NCBI GenBank assembly: GCA_964016885.1
Contig: OZ024741.1
Coordinates: forward strand, 208,010,001 to 208,074,000
Direction: 5' to 3'
DNA: 64,000 nt
DNA from: Eledone cirrhosa
Lineage: Eukaryota
Of this stretch, positions 12,042 to 25,198 are shown in pieces. The position numbers were made by a program, and so were the translations under genes. The notes under the pieces were generated by a model, which saw only the letters and a program-made list of their open reading frames with translations, made no database searches and was not told where the DNA came from. Within the stretch, counting starts at the first letter, position 1; every line of letters begins with the position of its first letter.

Positions 12042-15000
12042 GGACGTGCGGTAGATCGCTGGTAAGTTTTTGTAAAATTTTCCATACAAAAACAGTATTC
12101 ATTGTGTAGAATTTTATATTGTTTGATAGATTAACACCTAGTCTGAACTGTCAGCTGGGTGGTAATCTCAGTTTTGACCCCACAGGGGTGGAAATTTAAT
12201 TTTAAAAATTTGACAAGTTTTAAAAATGTTCCTAACTTTAACAATGTGTGGCGTACAACGAACGCTAAACTGCGAGAAGAGAAGGAAAGAGACAGATATA
12301 AACGTTATATCTCCCTCTATTTCCATAGAAGTATCTATGGAGACGAACAACAACAAAACTTTCGTAAAGAAATGAATATTCACACAACAAAAGATGAAAA
12401 TAACAGCCGACAACAGACACCAAAAAACACAGAAAATGTTGAAATTGAAACAATTGACACAACTACACACGGAAAAACCAACAACAACACCAATAAGATG
12501 AAAAATGTGAACACCAACCAGAACAACAACAACAACAACAACCAAAACAACAACAACAACAGCAACAATGATAACAACAACACCACCAACAACAACAGCA
12601 ACACGAACAACTCCACAAACAAGGAAAAGATTTCCTTTGCTCAAACCGTCCAAAAGACGGAACTGTTTACATAACTTGACATTTCCAATGCTAGGGAGCT
12701 GTTAAGTGATGCAAAGCAGTATGTAACTTTTGGTGAGAGTGGTGCTTTCAGCATCACTTCTCCTCAACAGTTGCGTAGAGAAACTGTCCTAAAAACAGTA
12801 ATTTTTAGGACAGTTTCGAATGTGTCAAAAAACCAGTCCAATCATCCCAGAACGACATTGAACTGGTTCTGAAAAATTCAATGAAGGATATTGCCTTCAT
12901 CCAAAAAAGTAAACTTTTTGGAAGCATTTCGGTGCTGATGAAAGACCAATTGACGGCACAAAAATATTCTGTGTCGACAATTGTGGTGTCTCCCCCTTTA
13001 CACTTTTTTCCCCACATATATGGGAAAAAGAACCCAACAAATTAAAATTGCAAATATTACACCAAAGGTAAACGTTTGGTGGATTTTGACTGGCTTCATC
13101 GATTTCGATGAAGACACAATTATTTCAGTGGGAAAGTCCCCCAGAGGCACGTTCAATGGTACAAGCCTGGAAGTTCTGGTCCAAATGAGGCCAGAATGGA
13201 TAGCTAAAATACCCCAACGTGTGCCTCTGGATGGAATTTCATACATAAACATTTCTGTTGAGGGTAGGCTGCCTTCATGTTACTACTGTTGAAGCAGTGG
13301 TCACCTGAACGCTTACTGTCCTCAGCTAGCTGCAAAAAAAAGAGGCACTACTGCCAACACACAAAGAAACAACACAACCACCACCACCACCACAACAACA
13401 ACAACAACAACACGCAAACATAACCAAAACAAGAACAACAAACCAAACTGCAAGCACAGTCCCATCCAACCCCACTCCACCTAAAACCACTGCAAAAACA
13501 CCCACAAACAGAACAGCTCCTCAAAACAAACCCCTTCCAAATAACACAGACACCACAACGGACGAGGCCCCCTCATCATCACCAAGTGACGATGAGGGAG
13601 AGCCTCTCCGTTCGAAAAGAAAGAAGAAAAGCCACCACAAGAACAAAAAAGCAACAAACATCACTACAAACATATAACTACCAACACAAACAACACAAAC
13701 ATTACAAACAAAAACCCCCCGTCCCGAAAACAAAACCACGACATCACTCCAAACACAAACACCTGCAACAAAACGAAAGCTCACACAAGAACAACAGACA
13801 AAAACAAACACAACACAACAAGAACATTACACATACATAAACAGTGACAGCAAAACTTTAATGGAGGTCATCTCCCACGACCCTTCGGTGAAAACCGAAG
13901 GGAAAACTTTTTCGTACTGTGCAGACAGACATAATTTAAAGATGATTAGGGTCCCTACAGACGCCCATACGTCTTTAAAGGACAACATTCCTAAGGACGT
14001 GGGTAATCCTTGTGTTAAACCCATTAAACGCGTCCTTTTAAAATGTTTGCTCACCCTCACCCAAGACACCCTCGCTCTATCAGACAACCCCTCCCCACCA
14101 AACATCTCCGTCTCCACCCCGCCGGAAACCACCACCCACCCAGACAACCCCTCCAACACCTCCATGGAAATCGTGCAGCCTGGTCACCAGGAGACGAAGG
14201 GTGAGTGATTTCTTTTCCTCTTCTATTAACTTTTCAGCACCAACATGGCCAATATAAGAGTTGGATGTGTGAATGTACGCGGCCTGGGGATGAACAGGAA
14301 ACAGGGCAAATTCTTAAACGACCTCAGGTCGCACAGTATGGAAGTAGTAGCCATTTGCGAGTCCAGGATCCACGGCGAGCGACAGCTGGCCCCCCATCTT
14401 CGACGATTTTGAGATCTACGCGTCTCTCTGTCAGCCTGGAGGTGGGGGCGGGGTTGCCGTTTTGCTGCGGAAACACCTGGACCTCGTAACACAGACAATA
14501 CATCTGGACCCGAAGGGTCGACTGGTGGTCCTAGACGTTGACGGTGGTGAAGGTGGAGCCTTCAGGCTGGTGGCCGCAAATGCCCCATCCGGGACACCGC
14601 AGCCAGACGTCTAGAGACTTTTCTGGGAACGTTCCGCTCCTTGCTTTTAGTGGGGGACTGGAATGGAATCCTAGATGCACGTTGGGACTATGTGGGAGCA
14701 TGTCCCGATAAAGAGGGGTGTAACAGCCTCAAACAGTTAATCGGCCGATTTGACCTGGCCGATAGATATAGACTAGATTTTCCGACTGTGCCACTGTGGA
14801 CGTGGACTAATCGTAGCGGAACATCTAGATCGAACATAGATAGGGTTCTAATTAGAAATAAAGATAGGTACATGTTAAGCTGTCCACAAATGTTCATGGT
14901 TGCCTATTCAGATCACAAACTAGTGTTTTGCATGGTCAACCTTGATAGAACCCATAGACAAGGACCCGGCTATTGGAAGCTAAACTTGTCATTACCGACA

Positions 15001-17868
15001 TGCAAAGCCTACAGTAGACGGATTAGCACTTTAGTTAAACAGCACTTGACAGGGGCCATTGTCAACAACAGATGGTACTCTCTCAAGAGGGGAATTAGAT
15101 TAGAATCGTTAGTTTTTAGTAAAGAATTAGCGTTAAATAGAAATAGAACCGAGAAGGAACTGGTAGATGAAGTAGAAGAGGCTATTAGAAGTGGCAACGT
15201 AGCCAGCGTGCTAGCAACGAGAACTGCCTTAGACCAGTTCTTCGACGCAAAGCACGAGGGCTGCGTTGTCAGAAGCAAAATACGTGCTCTGGGTACCGAG
15301 GGAGCCAAAGCTGTTAGCTGGGCCCGACTGACGGAGGCAAAAAGTGGCAACAAGTCCACGATTCGGTCTTTGAAGGACCAAGACGGACGCGTGATACGTG
15401 AGCCGAAGCAGATGTGCGCGGCCTTTCAGCGGCACTTTGCTCAGCTGTTCGGGCATGGCGGCGCGCCGGGAGGGGCTATGGATTTCGGTCCATACCTTGA
15501 CGGCCTACCACGACTCTTAGACAGCGAGGCGAAGTTCTGCGAAAAGCCGATTTCAGCCGCTGAGATAGGGGAAGCGCTGAGAGAATACGGCAAACGAAAA
15601 TCTCCAGGTCTCGACGGTCTACCCTACGAATTTTACGTAGCAATGCTGGACTTGTTCTCCGGTCTCCTGGAAGCGGTATACTGCAACTGGCAGCAGAACG
15701 GGAGAATTCCCAGTTCTGTGACCAGGGGCATAGTCACACTAGTCAGGAAGGACGAGAATAAGGGGGATGACATACGCAACTTCTGGCCCATAACTCTGCT
15801 AAAAACAGAGTTACAGATTTTGGCCAAGGTGTTGGCAAAGAGGCTGGCGCTTGTCGTCGAAAACCTGGTGGGAGAAGCGCAGACATGCGCAATCCTGACC
15901 AGGTCCATATACGACAACCTCCACCTCATGCGATATATCATTGAGAGGGTAGGGTGTAAACCCGACTTCGGTGGGGCACTGATCAACTTGGATCGGTCTA
16001 AGGCTTTCGATAGGGTTGACCATCGGTACCTGGATGCGATGCTCGAGGCGGCAGGCTTCGGACCCGTGTCCAGGGGCTAGATTGCTGCAATGCACAACAG
16101 CAACATATGCTCAAGGGTCAAGGTGAACGGCTACCTCTCGGAGCCGTTCCATATCACGCGATCCATTCGACAGGGATGCCCTCTCTCCTCCCGTCTGTAG
16201 GTACTGACTCTCGAGCCACTCTGAGGAAGTTGGAGCTATTGCAGGGCATCCCTCTGGAACCGGGACTGCGGAAAGCGGGTCGGCCTACGCCGATGACGTG
16301 GCAGTAATGGTATCGAGCACCTCGGAAATCGAGGAAGTTGGCACCTTAATGAAGGAATACGAAAGGTTAACAGGAGCGAAGCTGAACCGGGACAAGTCCA
16401 ACGGTTTGCATCTCGGATCGTGGAGAGGCAACCGATGCCTTCCGATGGCGTCGTCGGACGCTGGACGGAAGGGCCGGTAAAGCTGCTCGGGGTCTGGTTT
16501 GGTCCGGACCTCCAGGTGGAGAAGAACTGGAACGAGGTGACAACTAGGGTGATTGCACTCACCCAGAAGTGGGCCGAGTGCAAACTAGCCTTGAAAGGTC
16601 GAGCGGAGGTGGCGAACACTTTTATAGCGTCCGTCATCTACTACCGCTTGACCGTCGTGCTTTGTCCACCCAAAACGTTCACCAAAATGGAGAGCGCGCT
16701 CTCCAATTCCTTTGGAAGAAGCGGGCTCCTTTGGTGAGAAGATCCATCTGCTGCCAACACCCTTCCAACGGAGGGCTGGGGATGCCGTGGCTGAGGATGC
16801 GTCAACACGCGCTCAGACTGCAGCATCTCTACGTATTCCTCACCGGACAACCGGTGTGGGCCCCGTTCGTGAGGCGAGCCTTCCCACGCCTCGTCTCGCT
16901 GACCGAGCTGCAGTCCTGGATCAAGCAAAGACCGAGGAAAATGGGCGACTGGCATATCGAATGTGCTCAGGCGCTCACAGCCCTCTGGCAGGCGGACCCG
17001 GTGATCAGTTGAGACTCCACTTCGTCATTCTATAGAGGCTTGATCCGCAGTGAGTGCGATGACACATTCAGAGAAGCTCTGGGCGTAGAGGAAGACGAAC
17101 TGGACCGATCGACAACTTCCAAAAGACCCTGACCTGGCAGTGCTACCGAGGAGCTCTACCAGTTTGAGACAAGCTCTACAGACATGGGCGCCCGGGCAGG
17201 GACCCTTCGAAAAAGATCTGTCCGAGATGCATGCGAGACGAAGAAACCGTCGTGCACGCATTCATACACTGCCCGGACGTCACTGACCTGTGGGGCTATG
17301 TGGAACGACAATTGTCGCGGGTGGGACCAATCCGGTTGACCACCGAGTACATTGTCATGATCAAACCACCACCCTCCTTCAAAAGCGAAGGAGAGGCGGT
17401 TTTCCTTTGTGTGATAGCTAAGGCGAAAGAGGTATGGTGGACAAGGTTGAAAGGGCTGAAGTCAGACACTTTTCTCTCCGGCCAACAACTGATTCTTTTT
17501 TTCAAATACCACTTTGGGAGAAGAATCAGGATGTAGAGAGAGGTGCTGTACCCCAGCAAGTTTTATGAAAGTTGGGTGAAAGTGGCGAGAATGGCCCGAG
17601 TGAATGGGCCTTCTCTCTATATCAGCCTGTAGGTTGAGGAAAAAGAGGAAGAGAGGAAATGGGTACAAACTCCTTGTGCTCCTGGAGATGAGGGTTGAAC
17701 ATTTTTTCGGGGGTATGTGTTACCCATATGAAATGTCTCTCCCTATTGGGGAAAATCGATTAACTTTTAAATTGCGTTTGTGATAATATTTTACACGTTT
17801 TTATTGTATGTAAACCTCCCCCTTTGTATTTGTCACTTCTTTTCTGCCCCTGTGGCTAATAAAGAAAC
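12042..17868 (+). mobile_element. Tx1-group copy C (full length, decayed)
   Basis: Starts after short TATC at 12022-12041; Asn-rich ORF1 remnant to 14208; ORF2 remnant; ends GCTAATAAAGAAAC then TATC. Confidence 0.93.
14245..17632 (+). pseudogene. Copy C ORF2, disrupted
   Basis: MANIRVGCVNVRGL start; 479-aa open segment 14641-16080; RT and zinc-finger fragments downstream. Confidence 0.92.
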
Positions 17869-17869
17869 A

Positions 17870-17911
<42 letters not shown>
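17869..17911. repeat. (TATC)n microsatellite between copies C and D
   Basis: CTAT run. Confidence 0.97.
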
Positions 17912-17912
<1 letters not shown>

Positions 17913-18146
17913 TAATCTAGCTGTCGTCTGTTCTACAGTGTGGATGTCATTCACTTCGCACAGAAGTTTTGTTCAAATTTATTGAGGAAATTTTGTGAGT
18001 TCAAACTTAATTTTGATACAATTGTGTAGCTTGACCCTCCGTCTGAACTGTCAGGCGGTGGGTCAGCTCAACTTTACCCCTCCTAGAGGTGAAAAACCTG
18101 TTTTAAAAAAAAATTTTGTGTAAAAAATTTCAATCGTCTAACAGAA

Positions 18147-20024
18147 ATGTTAAACGCAGCGAACGAAAATAGTGGTGGGGGGACAGCGGTAAGAGTTGTA
18201 AGCTCGCACGCTTTAGTCCTCCCTTCCTTCCCAACTAACGTCATAGAGAAGGAAGGAAAAATGAAAATAAAAACGGACGAATCTGCGGAGGAAAAATTAA
18301 ATGTCGAAAACAACGAAGAAAAAAAATTTGAAAAATTGCATGACAATACTAATAACACAAACAAAGACACAACAAACAAAAAAATAACAGTTGAAAATAA
18401 CATAACATCAGAAAACAAAGCAGACGACAAGATTTCATTTGCACAGAAAACAAAGAAATCTTTGACTTATATAGCGGAAAACATTTCAGATGTGGTACGA
18501 AGGATCACGGACGCAAAACAATACATAAGTGAAGGTGAGAATGGTATTTTATTGGTAAAAATGCCTCAAGAATTCACGAAAGACATTGAAAGCCGAACGG
18601 TCAAGTTTCGGACCATCAACAACAGTACAAAAAAACCTGAACAGCCTTCTCAAGCAGATATCAAAACAGTACTCGCAGAAGTACTGAATGAAACAACTTT
18701 CATAAGAAAAGACAGACTGTATGGAAGCCTAGCAATTATCATGAAGAACGAATCGGCGGCAAAAAAATGTGCTTTGTCACCGATTCGTTCGAAAAATTTC
18801 ACCTTTTATCCATCTTATATGGGAAAAAAAACTCAACGCATATGGCTGGATGCAATGATGCCAGATGTGGACTACTGCTGGCTCATAGCTGGCTTCATCG
18901 ATCCAGTGAATGACAACGTGATTTCCATTGGGAAAACCACAGGCAATGCGTTCAGTGGAACAGGTATAGAGCTGGTAGTACAAATGAAGCCTGAACGCAT
19001 CGCCCAAATACCCGACAGAATCCTATTAGAGGACCACGGGTATATAAACATTAGCGTGGAGGGGAGAAGGCCGTCCTGCCATATCTGTGCAGGCAGAGGG
19101 CACCTGAAGGCCGCTTGTCCCCAACTCAACAAAAAGAAAACCCTGCTACCAACACCAGCTCCACCACCACCACCACAACAGATAAACAAACAACAAAACT
19201 CAGTCCCACCCAACCCGTCCCTCAGTAACACCACAACACCACCACAACACAAACAGTCACAACACATTACCCCAAAACAAAATACAGGCCCACCCAACCT
19301 CTCACTCAATAAAACAACACAACCACCGCAGACACAACACACAACACAGTCTAACATAGTGACATCCATCTCCCCCACAAAGAAAACCAACACGGAAACA
19401 TTACCAGCAAACATACCTCTTCCCTCCAACACTGAAGATAACCCAACGAATTCGGAGGAAGAAACGGAGTCCTTCAGACAGATTAAAAGGAAAAAAAGAA
19501 AACATGTGCAAAACACACAAGGACAAACAACCCCCACCCAAATCGCAACACAATCTAACAAAACAGAAAACACCCCTCCAGCAACAAACAAAACCAAACC
19601 TGCCCCTCCCCTCTTCGAAACACTCACACCATCGGAAAAAAAGACATTACACTATACTTACATCAACAGAAACAATAATAAATTAAATGAACTCATATAC
19701 AATAATCCTTCGGTACAAACCGAAGGTGTAAACTTTGTTTCATCAGAAAACCACCCACATTTAAAACTAATAAAAATCCCAATGAACCTCTACCAAAAAC
19801 TAAAAAAGGATTTTAAGGAGGACGTAGGACCACCCTCTGTCAAACCCATAAACCGCGTCCTACTAAAAAGCTTTCCCCCTCCCCTTCCCCTCCCCAACAC
19901 AACTCCAAACACCCCAACCCCACCACACACCGACGACCCCACACCACCACAAGACACCCCTTCACCCAACACCCCCGACCCCATGGAAGTCGTGCAACCC
20001 GAACCCCGGGAAGCGGAAAGGTAG
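18147..20024 (+). CDS. Copy D ORF1 protein, 625 aa (gag-like, single CCHC knuckle)
   Basis: Open ATG-to-stop ORF; ISFAQ motif, CHICAGRGHLKAAC knuckle, Pro/Thr-rich linker, conserved C-terminal block. Confidence 0.93.
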   Translation: MLNAANENSGGGTAVRVVSSHALVLPSFPTNVIEKEGKMKIKTDESAEEKLNVENNEEKKFEKLHDNTNNTNKDTTNKKITVENNITSENKADDKISFAQKTKKSLTYIAENISDVVRRITDAKQYISEGENGILLVKMPQEFTKDIESRTVKFRTINNSTKKPEQPSQADIKTVLAEVLNETTFIRKDRLYGSLAIIMKNESAAKKCALSPIRSKNFTFYPSYMGKKTQRIWLDAMMPDVDYCWLIAGFIDPVNDNVISIGKTTGNAFSGTGIELVVQMKPERIAQIPDRILLEDHGYINISVEGRRPSCHICAGRGHLKAACPQLNKKKTLLPTPAPPPPPQQINKQQNSVPPNPSLSNTTTPPQHKQSQHITPKQNTGPPNLSLNKTTQPPQTQHTTQSNIVTSISPTKKTNTETLPANIPLPSNTEDNPTNSEEETESFRQIKRKKRKHVQNTQGQTTPTQIATQSNKTENTPPATNKTKPAPPLFETLTPSEKKTLHYTYINRNNNKLNELIYNNPSVQTEGVNFVSSENHPHLKLIKIPMNLYQKLKKDFKEDVGPPSVKPINRVLLKSFPPPLPLPNTTPNTPTPPHTDDPTPPQDTPSPNTPDPMEVVQPEPREAER

Positions 20025-20057
20025 GTCTCTACACTCTCCTTTGGCTCTGCCGCCCAC

Positions 20058-23000
20058 ATGGATGTGTTAAGAGTAGGATGTTTGAATGCACGTGGCCTGG
20101 GCTCAACTTGGAAGCAAGCAAAGCTTCTAAATGACCTCAGGTCATGTAGTATAAATGTAATGGTTATCTGTGAGACTCGAATCAGCGTCATGCGGCAGCT
20201 GGCCCCCACCTTCGATGACTTTGAGGTGCATGCATCTCTCTGTCAACCTGGAGGTGGGGGTGGGGTTGTCGTGCTGATGCAAAAACACCTGGGTCTTGCC
20301 GTACAGGCTGTGCACTCGGACCCGGAGGGTCGTTTGTTGGTGCTAGACGTTGGCAGTAGTGAAAGTGCGGCCTTGAGACTGGTCGCCGTCTACTCCCCTT
20401 TCGGAGCTGAACGGCCCGACTTCTTCCAGCGTTTGGAGACTTTTCTGGGAACGTCGCGTTCCCTGCTTCTAGCGGGGGATTGGAATGACATCCTAGATGC
20501 ACGTTGGGACTATGCAGGAGCATGTCCTAATAGAGGGGGGTGTAACAGCCTCAAGGGGTTACTCGACCGTTTTAACTTGGTCGATAGATATCGACTAGAT
20601 TTTCCAACTGTGCCTACCTGGACTTGGAGAAACCACAGTGGTCAATCTAGATCGTACTTAGATAGATTCTTAGTTAGAAGTAAGGATAGGGACATATTAA
20701 GCTGTCCAGAAATGCGCACGGTTGGCTACACGGATCACAAATTAGTGACCTGCGTGGTCAATCTCGAGAAAACACATAGACAGGGTCCCGGTTACTGGAA
20801 ACTTAATTTGTCTTTACCGGCAAAAGAGACTTACAGAAACCGGATTAGCAGATTAGTTAAGGAGAGGTTGACGGGTGCAATCGTCAACAACCGATGGTGG
20901 GCATCTCTCAAAAGAGAGATTAGAACAGAATCAATAAGTTATAGCAAGCTGCCAATAGGAATAGAAACGAGAAAGAATTAACAGGTAAATTAGAAGAGGC
21001 AATCAAGAGCGAAGATGTGGCCAGAGTGCTGGCATCGAGGACGGCCTTGAACCAGTTTTTCGATGCAAAGCATGAAGGCTGCGTCATTCGAAGTAAAATA
21101 CGTGCTCTAGGTAATGAGGGGGCCAAAGCCGTTGGATGGGCCCGCGTGACAGAAGCTAAAAGTGGAAATCGATCCACCATCCGGTCGTTGCAAGACGAAG
21201 ATGGACGAGTGATCCGGGAGCCTAAGCAGATGTGCGAGGCCTTTCAAAAGCACTTTGCCCGATTGTTCGGGGGAGGCGAGGGTCCGGGCCGGGGCGTGGA
21301 TTTCGGTCCATACCTCGACGGCCTGCCGCGTCTCTCGAACAAAGAGGCGGAGTCCTGCGAGGGACCAATCTCGGCTGATGAGATCGGAGATGCGCTGAGC
21401 CAATGCAGCAGACGCAAATCTCCAGGTCTCGATGGTATACCTTACGAACTTTATTTAGCAATGCCGGTCTTCTTCTCCGAACTCCTCGAAGCGGTCTACT
21501 GCAATTGGCAGCAGAACGGGAGAATTCCTTGTTCTGTAGCCAAGGGCGTAGTCACGCTGGTGAGGAAGGACGAGAACAAGGGGGATAGTATAAATAATTT
21601 TCGGCCCATAACCCTGCTAAACACAGAGTTAAAGATTTTGGCCAAGGTGTTAGCAAAGAGGTTGGCGCTTGTCGTGGGTGGCCTGGTGGGAGATGCGCAG
21701 ACATGTGCTATCCCATCCAGGTCCATTCACGATAACCTCCACCTCATGCGATACATCATAGAGAGGGTTGGCAACAAACCCGGCTTCGGTGGGGCCCTGA
21801 TCAACTTGGATCAGTCTAAGGCCTTCGATAGGGTCGACCATGGTTACCTGGATGCGGTGCTAGCGGCGGCTGGGTTCGGTCCTGTTTTCAGAGGCTGGAT
21901 CACTGCCCTACATAGCAACCACATCTGTTCTAGGATCAAGGTGAACGGCTACCTTTCGAAGCCGTTCGAAATCACACGATCCATTCGACAGGGGTGCCCT
22001 CTCTCCTCCCTTCTGTACGTATTGACTCTCGAGCCTTTACTGAGGAAGTTGGAGTTGTTGCAGGGTATCCCCCTGGAACCAGGATTGAGCAAAGCGGTGT
22101 CGGCCTACGCCGATGACGTAACAGTAATGGTATCAACCGACTCGGAGATCGAGGCGATCGGTACCTTACTGGAGGAGTACGAAAGGTTGTCAGGAGCGAA
22201 ACTGAACCGGGAAAATTCCATCGGGCTGCAACTCGGAACGTGGAGAGGCAGACCGATGCCTCCCGATGGTGTCGTCGGACACTGGACGGAGGGCCCGGTA
22301 AAGTTGCTTGGGGTCTGGTTTGGACCGGACCTCCAGGTGGAAAAGAACTGGAACGAGGTTACGAACAAGGTGTTTGCACTAACCCAGAAATGGGCCAAGT
22401 GTAAGCTGTCCCTAAAAGGCCGGGCGGAGGTGGCGAACATTTACATAGCGTCCGTCACTTACTACCGCCTGACTGTCGTGCCTTGCCCTAAGGAAACACT
22501 CACCACCATGGAACGCATGCTCTTCCAATTTCTTTGGAAGAAGCGTCCTCCTATGGTGAGAAGATCCATCTGCTGCCAACAACCTTCGAAAGGAGGGCTG
22601 GGAATGCCGTGGTTGATGATGCGTAGGCACGCATTAAGGCTACGGCACCTACAGGTATTCCTCACTGGTCAACCGGTGTGGGCTCCGTTCGTGAAACGAG
22701 CCTTTCCGAGACTCGTCTCACTCACCGAGCTACAGTCCTGGGTCAAGCAAAGATCCGGAAAACTGGGAGACTGGCACACTGAGTGTGCTCAGGCGCTCAG
22801 GGCTCTCTGGCAAGCGGGCCGGGCCATCGGTGGAGAATCCACCTCATCATTCTATAGAGGGCTGGTGGCTAGCAGGGGCGATGACACCCTTGGAGAGTCG
22901 CTGGACATGGAAGAAGACGAACTGGCCAGCCTGTTCGGTAGGACTTTCGGCCCAGGACCAATGGACAACTTCCAGAAGTCACTGGCCTGGCAGTGCTACC

Positions 23001-23488
23001 GAGGGGCTCTACCCGTTCGAGAGAGGCTCTACAGACACGGGCGCCCGGGCAGGGATCCCTCAAAAAAGATTTGCCCTAGATGCGTGCGTCACGAAGAAAC
23101 CGTGGCGCACGCATTGGTGCAATGTCCGGGCGTGGCTGATCTGTGGGGCTACGCCGAACAACTGCTGTCGCGGGTGGCGCCGATTAAATTGACAGCCGGG
23201 TCCGTGATGACAATCAAACCGCCTCCCCTCTTCACAAAGGAAGCAAAGGCGGTTTTTCTGTGCGTAATAGCCATGTTGAAAGAGGTTGTTTGGTGGACAC
23301 GATTGAAAGGTCTGAGGTCAGGCAACTTCCTCTCTGGCCATAGTCTGGTCTACTTCTTCCGATATCACTTCGGAAGAAGGATAAGAATGGAGAGAGAGGT
23401 GCTTGGCCACAGGCAGTTTTATGAAAGGTGGGTGATAGTGGCGAGAATGGCTCGTGTAAATGGGCCTTCTCTGTATACCATCCTGTAG
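20058..23488 (+). pseudogene. Copy D ORF2 (APE-RT-ZnF) with a single frameshift near 20950
   Basis: 307-aa endonuclease ORF plus 823-aa RT/ZnF ORF; the junction aligns to ELALDRNRTEKEL of other copies. Confidence 0.94.
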
Positions 23489-23702
23489 GTAAAGAAGTAA
23501 AGGAGAGGGGGGCACCTTCTCCATGTGCTCCCCGGGCAAAGGATTGCACACTTTTTCGGGGGTGTGTGCAACCCCCATCACGTCCCCTCCCTTTTGAGGT
23601 TATTTTCGATTATTTTCATGTTACACCCTTTTTACTCGATTATATGTAAACTCCCCCTTTGTATTTGTCCCTTCTTTTTATGCCTTTATGGTAAATAAAG
23701 AA

Positions 23703-23760
<58 letters not shown>

Positions 23761-23773
23761 TTATCTATCTATC
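23703..23773. repeat. (TATC)n microsatellite after copy D
   Basis: ATCT run. Confidence 0.98.
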
Positions 23774-24286
23774 CTTGAAAGGTCGAGCGGAGGTGGCGAA
23801 CACTTTTATAGCGTCCGTCATCTACTAATGGCTTGACCGTCGTGCCTTGTCGAGCCAAAACGCTGACCAAAATGGAGCGCGCGCTCTTCCAATTCCTTTG
23901 GAAGAAACGGGCTCCTTTGGTGAGAAGATCCATCTGCTGCCAACACCCTTCAAACGTAGGGCTGGAGATGCCGTGGCTGACGATGCGCAAACACGCGCTC
24001 AGACTGCTGCACCTCCACGTATTCCTCACCGGACAGCTGCAGTCCTGCGTCAAGCAAAGACCGAGGAAAATGGGCGACTGGCACATCGAATGTGCTCAGG
24101 CGCTCAGAGTCCTCAGGCAAATGGACCTGGCTATCAGTGGAGACTCCACTTCGTCATTCCGTAGAGGGTTGGTCCGCAGCAAGTGCGACGACGCGCTCGG
24201 AGAAACTCTAGGCGTGGAGAAGGACGAACTGGCCAGTCTGTTCGGTTGGACCTTCCGCCCGGGACCGATGGACAACTTCCAAAAGG
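23768..24286 (+). mobile_element. Tx1 ORF2 internal fragment E (truncated at both ends)
   Basis: Matches the LKGRAEVANTF...PGPMDNFQK region; starts at CTATC|CTTGAAAGG, overlapping the microsatellite. Confidence 0.9.
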
Positions 24287-24557
24287 CAGGTCCGCCAGCC
24301 TAGTAGAGTGCCTCTTGCTCCGGTCCTTGAAAGAGTTTGTGTGGTTATATATCCGCGATTTAAAGGTCATGGATGTTGCGCCGATGTAGGTGCGCTTTAA
24401 ATTGTGCGTGCTTTATATTGTGCCCTTCGTTAGGCATCTTCCCTGCAGAGGGCACTGTGTGTCCGCTCTGCAGTTGCACGTTCTGTCGTTATATTGTTCA
24501 TTTCGGACGCCTGGCCCTTGATCTACCACGGCTCTCTCCCGATTCTCTGCCTATATA

Positions 24558-24636
24558 CAGGGTGTCCCCACCAAAATATATAGACATATTTATCAGAATA
24601 CTATTGAAGTGTGTATATATTTTGGGGGACACTCTG
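24558..24636. mobile_element. Tiny Tc1/mariner-type MITE
   Basis: Imperfect TIRs CAGGGTGTCCCCA..AAAATATATA / TATATATTTTGGGGGACACTCTG flanked by TA on both sides. Confidence 0.7.
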
Positions 24637-25196
24637 TATGTATTGAAATGCGAGATAAAATTACTAGCGTGTGTTTTCAATAAACAGAGAACTTTTATTT
24701 GTAGACACTGTAGTTAAACCATATAATATTTCTCAGTCTACGGGAAAAGAATAACATAAAATCTATTTGATTAATTTCAAATGATATAAAACTTTTCTCA
24801 AAACTTGACGAGCCCTTTACTGCTAAGAGAGGGAATTGTAACTGATAGCTATTTAAAGTATTCACGAACTAATTAGATTATTCTCCATGCAAATCAAGCA
24901 GAGCAAATTAATTCTCGATATTCATAACGACATAATGTGAAATACATTAACACTACATAGGGGTGTACTGTAAATTTTGTCTTCATTTCATTTCCAGTCA
25001 TTGGGTTGTTGTTATGTTGGGGCACCACCTGGAATGCTTTCGTTTGCCATATTTACATTAAGTTTTATACTTCTTAAATCGACCTTTATTTGTCGAATTA
25101 CTAAATTACCGTACAGAAAGGAACATTTTACACTCACACACATATATATAGATAGAAAGAGATGTATATATATGTGTATACACACATACACACACA

Positions 25197-25198
<2 letters not shown>

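Larger units (their letters stand above)
17912..23703 (+). mobile_element. Tx1-group copy D (full length, young, distinct subfamily)
   Basis: Intact ORF1; ORF2 with one frameshift; ends GGTAAATAAAGAAA then TATC. Confidence 0.96.

Noticed and set aside
18872-19627. Long antisense Val/Cys/Leu-rich ORFs opposite ORF1 (also 30700-31080 and 36566-36946)
   Set aside because: Explained by the A/C-rich sense strand of ORF1, which gives few antisense stops; no domain motifs.
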